Shown: positions 1 to 6,938 of the stretch, in pieces
Numbering within the stretch: the first letter of the stretch is position 1
How the letters are laid out: each line of letters begins with the position of its first letter
Assembly (NCBI GenBank): GCA_965644295.1
Contig: CBFFRP010000467.1
Span: 1-6,959 of the forward strand
DNA from: Paraphysomonas bandaiensis
Lineage: Eukaryota > Protista > Chrysophyceae
Length of the DNA stretch: 6,959 nucleotides
Direction: 5' to 3'
The notes under the pieces: model-generated
Told to the model about the DNA's origin: nothing
What the model saw: the letters and a program-made list of their open reading frames with translations, nothing else
Database searches by the model: none
Program-made: the position numbers and the translations under genes

Positions 1-1797
1 TATAGACTCACTCAAGCACATGTGTCTAGAGACACTGTACAAATGACGCCATAACGCAGATAAGTGAGTCTGCATTTCACAGCCACAAAAACGCACTTCA
101 AGAAGAACTGAGAAATCCGGAACTACCCCAACTAGAGTGCTAATAAAAATAGTTCTCTGCATTTGTATTGTTGATATATTATTGACTAATATTGCAAATT
201 AATATTAATTTCAGTATAAAAATGATCTCAACTAACCCTTTGATTGCTATGTACATGAATGAGCTACAAACTAGTTCTAGCTAGTCATTGTACACAACAT
301 AAAACTACACAATTATTTAACAGAAGAGCAACAATCATACAATGCACACTCTACTCTTCTCTATATTTCAATAACATTCTGCAAAATTCTTTGTTCTTCT
401 TCTCATTTAATGGACCACCACTGTACTACAGCGGCTCTCCAGCAGGGCCTGGAATCCCTTCGTTCCACTGGTGGAGAGATTCTGGACGGGTACCATCACA
501 ACTGCACAACTCGAGACGGTTTTTGGAGATCACATCCATGAGTCACTGACACCCTAAAAGGACTGCGCAGCATCGAATCAGCGGTCATCAGATTGCTTCT
601 ACCGCTTTTCGCTGCAGCAAAGCTAATGATCCAAGATCGAAGTAGACGATACGTTACCCTACAGAAAGGACCCCCTAGGCTACTACCGCGACAGCGTCCA
701 AATGACACAGACAGAAATGGAAACGCCCAAGGGTGCTACGATTACTAGGAATCCACAAACGAACCGAGACTGGAACACCGCCCACCGCACATATGAACAC
801 CACCACTCATACACATAGGACCATAACACCGGACCGCATGAAACCATCAGACCCTAGACAGCGGCGATGCCGTCTCCGGCAACTCCACATATGCCTGACG
901 CCCAGACGGTGCACGGCGACAACGCCACATTCCACCACACCATCCACCTCTCAGCACACACATCTAGTGCTCGGTACACTCAGCACTCAGGACCTTAATG
1001 CAGAACCCTGTACCTCAGAGCCTGGCGGAACCTTATCCCAAGGGGAGACCCCGGACAACATGCGCCAGTGAGTCCTAAGACACACGAGCAGGACGAAACT
1101 CACAAACCACATTAAGAACGGAAGTGGTTGCACCTTGGTGCTTGCGGCGACGCACAAGCAGCTTCTGTAGCGCTAAATAGTAGGATAATAGAATTTGTGC
1201 TGATTAGTTATGGGTAGAAGTCTAACTAGTATGTCTAGCTTTCAACTAGCCACTATATATCGGAACGAGTTTTTAACGCCTATTGCTAAATAAAAAGACC
1301 TTCAATATATACACTTAATATATATATATGCTGTTGTTTCTGAAAGCTAACCGACAGTTGTGGCCGGATGTAAACATATTTCAATTAATATTGGATGAAT
1401 ATGGTGATGATGTCACCGATGATGACTCAGAGGATTAGTATAAGGAAACTTTTAATCAGTTAAGAGTAGTGGGTTTTGATTATCACGTGACCTTAGACCT
1501 TATAATGACAAGTACTAAAAAATACGAATGTGTTTACTTAATGATTAGTCATACTAATATATGGTAATATATATATTGTACAATATATTGCTATAAAAAC
1601 TCCATCTATACTATTGATGGAATGCTATCTGACAATAGTATTGCAATATATTTTCCCCTATCCCTGTGTTGTATATTGTTATGCTATGTGTGTTCTCTAT
1701 ATACGTTTCGTAACCAACGATACTGCAATTTCATTCATTAAATTTTGCATCATCCGAGTCAAAGCAGAAAACGCCAATTTAAATTTTAACTATGACA

Positions 1798-3789
1798 TTA
1801 CGCATTTGACGCACTAGCATCACAGAAAGATTGCATCAATTCATTTCCAATTCGTAGTACACTCATTACTAACGTTTCTATTTCCCTGATATCAGTCCTG
1901 TGGTTAAATATTGCAGCGCGTATGGCAGTTTTTCCATGTATAGTCGTAAGTGAAGGTGCCACAGCACCCTCTTCGTGTAGACGAACAACAACCGCTCGTG
2001 TTAACCTATACAATCATTATGATATTATAATGATTGTAAGAATATACGCGCCTGTTGATAAAGTCGTTTCCCTGAAGCTCACAACCCTTGTCTACCAACG
2101 GAACAAAACGAAAACACACAATGTTGAGCGCAACAGGGGCGAGAAGCTCCAGCAACGGGTTGCACTCTATCCTGTCTGCTAGAGAGGTGGCAAGAGAGCA
2201 CCCTTTCGTCATCACGTTACCTATTCCATCCATACCATACGTCTGTCCATAATATTTCAGACAGTTTTACGTAGGTATACATAATCAATTCATATGAAAC
2301 TTGAGGGTATATATCTCTATAACACAACGTGCCTTTATTGTGAACCAAGTCTTTAGAGCACGACATCCTCTGGAGAGATCGGGCCCGTAGTCACATGGCC
2401 AGAAAGACCCTGCCATCATACCTGCGCTTTCTCTAGAGAGATAGGAAGCAGGCGAAGAAAATGCGTCACGCAGGAAGGAACCTTCCCGCACCAGTATCAT
2501 TCCAGCATCATATGGTACCTTCATGTCAATCAGACACCAGCATATCAGACAAGAATGAGATAAATAATAAGGGGGAAATATATCATACCTGCGCCCATTT
2601 GTGGAAGTCAAACGCTATAGAGTTGGCAAGTTCAATTCCGCTCAGTTTAGGCCGCACCAGTGGTGATAGTATGCCAAGGGCAGCGAAAGCACCATCGACA
2701 TGCATCCACAGGCACTCTCTTTGACAGAAAGCAGACAATTCTGGAAGCGGATCAATGGCCCCGACATCAACTGACCCGGCAGTGGCCACCACCATCAGAG
2801 GAGTTAGCCCTATGCATTGACTCATGACAAATATATAGTACAGCAGTCATTTGTACCTTGTTCCCTATCTGCCGCCACCTGCTGCTCCAGAGCAATTACG
2901 TCCATGCGATGCATGTGGTCGGTTTGTATTCTACGAAGTCCACCCTTGCCTAATCCCGCGCCCGACATATTTACAGCTTGGTCTATGCATCGATGAGATG
3001 ATGCCGACGCGTATATCACATATTCCGTCCCTATATCAGCATTCTCTGAACGAGATGCATGACAGGACCGCGCAGCAAGCAAACCCATAAAATTCGCCAT
3101 GGACGAACCCGTGACGAATACGCCCTTTGCCGTCTCTGGAAACTGAAACCAGGACCGAGCCCATAAAACTATCTGCTCCTCGAGTGCGATGCCCACATGG
3201 TCGCGCCCTGAGCGATGGCTACATCAGGGACGTCTACAAACGCAAATTCGAATAAAATTACCTCCACAATTCATATTCATAGCACTGGCTAGCATATCAG
3301 CAATCATTCCCACCGGTGTCCCACCTGTCACATATTAAGTCCACTACAATATGTGGAAACAGACGCATAACCTCCTTGAACCCATCCCATGAATCCAGGG
3401 TGAATATTTCCAGATCCAAAAGGTTTTATGAACTCGTCAAACTCATGCAAGACATCGACCAAACTACTCCCACTGCCAGGAGGAGAACTTTTAGTAAAAT
3501 TTAGGCGAACTTCAGCCGGCATTGGTGTCCACACCCGCTGGTTTCTCAACCCCTGTAAATGATCGACCACCGTGTCCCTGGAAGCACAGTAGATAAGAAA
3601 TGACAGGAGTAACGTCCAATTAACTCATACATCATTTGGTGGCCCAGTGATCTGAATCTGGACATTTTCGTATCCAAGGATTGCAGAGACGATCATAATG
3701 AGTTAGCGCAATAACTGCGATGCATACATCACTTACAGGTCCCAGTCACTGGGGTCAAGATTAACATCACTATCACTGGAACGTTCCAT
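1798..3789 (-). CDS. Group II pyridoxal-5'-phosphate-dependent decarboxylase (aromatic-L-amino-acid/DDC-GAD-HDC family), 9 exons, 501 aa
   Basis: Hand-spliced exons (minus strand): 3789-3737, 3657-3631, 3577-3372, 3324-3262, 3207-2857, 2809-2589, 2518-2333, 2242-2052, 2005-1798. Total 1506 nt = 501 codons + TAA, and every intron phase matches (2,2,1,1,1,0,0,2). Product: MERSSDSDVNLDPSDWDLFRSLGHQMMDTVVDHLQGLRNQRVWTPMP...GNIHPGFMGWVQGGGTPVGMIADMLASAMNMNCGGRDH...GVFVTGSSMAN...SHRCI...VVATAGSVDVGAIDPL...WMHVDGAF...DFHKWAQVPYDAG (PLP-binding Lys)...ASYL...DYGPDLSRGCRALKTWFTIKTYG...LNIVCFR...IRAAIFNHRT. These are all canonical group II decarboxylase motifs. Confidence 0.93.
2006..2051 (-). other. 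GC-AG spliceosomal intron (intron 8 of the decarboxylase, 46 nt) containing a perfect 12-bp hairpin
   Basis: AACAG|GCGCGT...GTATAG|GTTA joins in phase 2 to give INRLTRAVV. The nearby GT at 2047 is phase 0 and does not fit the phase-2 TAG acceptor. The inverted repeat is TACAATCATTAT (2009-2020) / ATAATGATTGTA (2027-2038). Confidence 0.8.
2243..2332 (-). other. GC-AG spliceosomal intron (intron 7 of the decarboxylase, 90 nt)
   Basis: AAG|GCACGT...GGACAG|ACG gives KTWFTIK|TYG, the expected family motif with no insertion. An alternative in-frame GT donor at 2323 would insert three residues (ARC). Confidence 0.75.
3631..3657 (-). other. 27-nt micro-exon (exon 2 of the decarboxylase, encodes (L)FRSLGHQM(M))
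   Basis: Flanked by a CAG acceptor (3660-3658) and a GTATGA donor (3630-3625). It supplies the FRxLGHxM segment between LDPxDW and DHL, and both phases fit. Confidence 0.85.
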
Positions 3790-4239
3790 GACGAGGATAT
3801 AGCACGTCTCTCTAACGCCGACCTGTTGCACCTCACTTGACTGACTGTATCAATCACTGCATGTCTGGGCCGCTATACCATTGAAATACAACTGTAATAC
3901 CGCATAGGGAATACAGAATACCAGTATAGGAATACTGCTGTTATGCATAGAGCGAGCATGTGGAGTGAGGAATTCGGTATATGAAAATCAGAATATCCGG
4001 ATATGTGTACTGCTGTGTATGCACTGCTCGTACTGGCTGGAGCCGAAAGTGTAGAATGAAATGAACTTATGATCAACTCACACGCTATTCGGTATCCACA
4101 TTGCCACCTTAACTGTCGTATCTCATCGAATTGAAGAAGATATTCAGTTGTACTGACACAGTGAAGATCAAAGTCCTATCGAGCCATGTATTCGTGGAGA
4201 GAATGGAAGAATAATACTGTCAGAGTTATCGCATAGATC
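3790..4239. promoter_or_regulatory. Probable shared/bidirectional promoter and 5' UTR region between divergent genes
   Basis: 450 bp separates the decarboxylase ATG (3789, minus) and the WD40 ATG (4240, plus). It contains five AATAC copies within 3885-3935 and the palindrome ATATCCGGATAT (3993-4004). No transcription start site can be assigned from sequence. Confidence 0.4.
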
Positions 4240-5355
4240 ATGTCATCTGAAGTGGCCAAAAGATTGCAATATGTATCGCGCTTGAGCAATGCGTTCGTAG
4301 CGGCCTCTGTGTACGACGATGATGCCGTGCTACTACGTGCCAATCTTACTTGTCGATTACACACGAGATGTATCACAGCGATTAAAGTGTCCAGTGGCGA
4401 CAATCCATTTGTAGTTTCAGCCGGGTTGGACTGTACGCTTATTATATCTGACTACAATTCTGGCCGTGTAATAAAATCAATCGATACAGATCAAAGTTTT
4501 GTGTTTGATATATCAATATTGCAATCTGGACATGTAAATGTGTTCGCCACTGCGTCACAGGATGGCAAAGTACGAGTATATGATATTTCTAATAATTTCG
4601 AATGTATGTGGACAGTTAAGCAAAAATCAGAGGGGGTATGTCAGATTATTTGGTCGGTTGCTTTGTACTGTGACGCTAGGGGTGTATCGTACTGTTTATC
4701 TTCTGGTGCAACGAAAACCATACATGTTTATAATTTAGAGACTATGGTGGAGGTGTTGACATTAAATGGCCACAAAGAGGGGGTGCGTTGTCTTGCAGTA
4801 TCAAACGAAGGTATGATTGCATCTGGTAGTAATGACCATTCAGTCAAGCTATGGAGTCTTCCACGTAAACGGTTTGTTCAGACGCTACGTGGCCACGCTG
4901 CTGAAGTCAATGCTGTTGTATTTATTCCCAATAGTAACTACTTAATATCTGCCTGTGAAAACAATATATTTAGACAGTGGGATTACATCAATGGAGATAG
5001 AATTCGTGTATACTCTGCGTACTCTGGTGCTTCAATTTTGTCGTTGGCAGTGGTTCCACATCCGACTTGTCCTCTGGTGTTGGTCGCTGGGACTGTATCT
5101 GAGCAATCGCTGGCTCCCCTTGTCCCAGTGGAAGTGTGGGATATTACTTCCGGTAAGATACGAGCTAGATGCACAGGAACGCGATACCAGATTAGTGGTG
5201 TCGACGTTGCGTACCATCCGAAAAATGGAAAGTGTTACATTGTGGGCGGTGGACTTGACTCGACTGTCCGCATGTGGACACTTGATATGAATACTGTGTT
5301 GCCAGCTGAATGTTTGAATGTTTCCTCTTCTCGAATTGAGGACGTATGTGTATAG
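4240..5355 (+). CDS. WD40-repeat (7-bladed beta-propeller) protein, 371 aa
   Basis: Uninterrupted ORF with about seven WD40 repeats: HTRCITAI..VVSAGLDCTLIISD; FATASQDGKVRVYD; CLSSGATKTIHVYN; GHKEGVRCLAVS..IASGSNDHSVKLWS; GHAAEVNAVVF..LISACENNIFRQWD; ILSLAVVP..VEVWD; IVGGGLDSTVRMWT. The true start is uncertain because the TAG at 4234-4236 may be a splice acceptor. Confidence 0.9.
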   Translation: MSSEVAKRLQYVSRLSNAFVAASVYDDDAVLLRANLTCRLHTRCITAIKVSSGDNPFVVSAGLDCTLIISDYNSGRVIKSIDTDQSFVFDISILQSGHVNVFATASQDGKVRVYDISNNFECMWTVKQKSEGVCQIIWSVALYCDARGVSYCLSSGATKTIHVYNLETMVEVLTLNGHKEGVRCLAVSNEGMIASGSNDHSVKLWSLPRKRFVQTLRGHAAEVNAVVFIPNSNYLISACENNIFRQWDYINGDRIRVYSAYSGASILSLAVVPHPTCPLVLVAGTVSEQSLAPLVPVEVWDITSGKIRARCTGTRYQISGVDVAYHPKNGKCYIVGGGLDSTVRMWTLDMNTVLPAECLNVSSSRIEDVCV

Positions 5356-5509
5356 TGGTGTTATGATATTACTTACGAAGTATTACATTATGGGCGGTGG
5401 ACTTGTTTTGACTGTCCGCATGTGGACATTTGATTCGAACACTTTGCTGCCAGCTGAATGTCTGAATGGTACCTCCATCAAATTGAGGACAAATATGTTT
5501 ATTGGTGTT
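5230..5509 (+). repeat. Diverged tandem duplication of the WD40 gene 3' end (copy 1 5230-5362, copy 2 5378-5509)
   Basis: AAGTGTTACATTGTGGGCGGTGGACTT... versus AAGTATTACATTATGGGCGGTGGACTT..., offset 148 bp, with 12 mismatches in the first 90 nt by hand count. Copy 2 encodes KYYIMGGGLVLTVRMWTFDSNTLLPAECLN versus KCYIVGGGLDSTVRMWTLDMNTVLPAECLN in copy 1. Confidence 0.92.
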
Positions 5510-5633
5510 TTAACCCAATCTCGTTTTATATATGGAATTGTGTGCTCGCCTGTTTATGTTGGTCTCCGTGTTGTATTGCTTTGCCACATGCTTGCGATAT
5601 AAGTAACAGTGTTTGAGTTTACCATTTGAATAG

Positions 5634-5661
5634 TTAGGGTTAGGGTTTAGGGTTAGGGTTA
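5634..5661 (+). repeat. Short internal telomeric tract (TTAGGG)2 TTTAGGG TTAGGG TTA
   Basis: Read directly from the sequence. It has the same orientation as the terminal array and includes one 7-nt TTTAGGG variant. Confidence 0.9.
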
Positions 5662-5831
5662 TTGAGAATTGCTCATTTTAAGCTAGATCACAGAGAGAAT
5701 TTGTCGTAAGACTAGATAGATTTATCAATATCGTTTACACGAAGTTGTGATAACCAACACTAACTCATTATAATCCCTGCGTAATATCCTACATATGCGA
5801 ACCTCTCGTTACTGAACATATCTTGAAAGAT

Positions 5832-5909
5832 GGGTTAGGGTTAGGGTTAGGGTTATGGTTAGGGTTAGGGTTATGGTTAGGGTTATGGTTAGGGTTAGGG
5901 TTAGGGTTA
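5832..5909 (+). repeat. Internal telomeric tract, 12 units including three TTATGG variants
   Basis: TTAGGG units with TTATGG at 5853, 5871 and 5883, in the same orientation as the terminal array. Confidence 0.93.
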
Positions 5910-6060
5910 TACGCTGTCCCCCGATCGCTCCTTACCCATTTGAGGTGTGGATCTGTTTAACAGTCAAATTTAAGCCAATCAAAAAAAGTAAGTTTACCAT
6001 CGCGCATTATTCTTGATATAGAATACATAGAATACAGTGAATACGGCTCTGTGAGCGTTT

Positions 6061-6349
6061 TGAGCTCATAACTTATGAGAATAATTTTTTTAGGCAAAGG
6101 TCGTATTTTATTACTAGAGTAATGTGGGTATTCTGCGTTTACTGATATATTTTTTAATTTTTATTACCCCGTAGTTCCAGAGATATTATTTTTATGGGGT
6201 GCGGTTAAGGTTAGATAGAGGTGTGAGCTCCTAACTTTTTATAAAAAGCTTTATAGGTGAAGGTCATAGGTTTTTACAAGAATAATATGGGTACGCTGAA
6301 TTTACTGATATGTTTACTTTTTATTAACTCGTCATAGTTCTTGAGATAT
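6061..6349. repeat. Subtelomeric two-copy diverged direct repeat (6061-6186 and 6224-6349, offset 163 bp)
   Basis: Shared collinear blocks: TGAGCTC(A/C)TAACTT ... TAGG..AAGGTC(G/A)TA ... TAAT(G/A)TGGGTA ... TTTACTGATAT ... TTTTTATTA ... TAGTTC..GAGATAT. Confidence 0.85.
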
Positions 6350-6374
6350 CATATACCCTACCCTAACTATTCGA

Positions 6375-6938
6375 TTAGGGTTAGGGTTAGGGTTAGGGTT
6401 AGGGTTAGGGTTAGGGTTAGGGTTAGGGTTAGGGTTAGGGTTAGGGTTAGGGTTAGGGTTAGGGTTAGGGTTAGGGTTAGGGTTAGGGTTAGGGTTAGGG
6501 TTAGGGTTAGGGTTAGGGTTAGGGTTAGGGTTAGGGTTAGGGTTAGGGTTAGGGTTAGGGTTAGGGTTAGGGTTAGGGTTAGGGTTAGGGTTAGGGTTAG
6601 GGTTAGGGTTAGGGTTAGGGTTAGGGTTAGGGTTAGGGTTAGGGTTAGGGTTAGGGTTAGGGTTAGGGTTAGGGTTAGGGTTAGGGTTAGGGTTAGGGTT
6701 AGGGTTAGGGTTAGGGTTAGGGTTAGGGTTAGGGTTAGGGTTAGGGTTAGGGTTAGGGTTAGGGTTAGGGTTAGGGTTAGGGTTAGGGTTAGGGTTAGGG
6801 TTAGGGTTAGGGTTAGGGTTAGGGTTAGGGTTAGGGTTAGGGTTAGGGTTAGGGTTAGGGTTAGGGTTAGGGTTAGGGTTAGGGTTAGGGTTAGGGTTAG
6901 GGTTAGGGTTAGGGTTAGGGTTAGGGTTAGGGTTAGGG
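6375..6938 (+). repeat. Telomeric array (TTAGGG)94
   Basis: 564 nt of perfect TTAGGG, with the G-rich strand running 5'->3' toward the window end as expected for a right chromosome end. Confidence 0.98.

Noticed and set aside
196-211. 16-bp palindrome AAATTAATATTAATTT
   Set aside because: It is A/T-only within a very AT-rich stretch and plausible by chance.
539-541. Selenocysteine or readthrough TGA in the 410-749 frame
   Set aside because: There is no redox-motif context or identifiable SECIS, and the flanking frames are not recognisably coding.
575-615. Minus-strand GAAA...CTGATGA as a possible permuted hammerhead
   Set aside because: Only 15 nt lie between the motifs and there is no closing pair for stem II.
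259-708. ORFs 259-549 (+) and 496-708 (-) as genes
   Set aside because: They are short, show no homology that I recognise, and have no supporting splice structure.
1065-1103. Hammerhead-ribozyme-like TGA-GTCCT...AGGAC-GAAAC
   Set aside because: Stem II and GAAA are present, but the essential CUGANGA core reads CCAGUGA and no separate stem III/UH or stem I can be formed.
1614-3504. Plus-strand ORFs 1614-1817, 1922-2182, 2461-2724, 2851-3090 and 3316-3504
   Set aside because: They are antisense shadows of the decarboxylase or its 3' flank and show no recognisable motifs.
1798-3570. Six separate minus-strand ORFs, or a frameshifted pseudogene
   Set aside because: They join through phase-compatible introns into one intact 501-aa CDS.
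3873-5290. Short ORFs 3873-4076, 4176-4403, 4538-4738, 4955-5290, 4983-5174 and 5032-5217
   Set aside because: They are alternative-frame or antisense overlaps of the WD40 gene or intergenic chance ORFs, with no domain features.
5634-6938. CRISPR-like repeat-spacer interpretation of the telomeric tracts and spacers
   Set aside because: The repeats are hexamer telomeric units of variable length, the spacers are 170-465 nt, there are no cas genes, and the context is eukaryotic.
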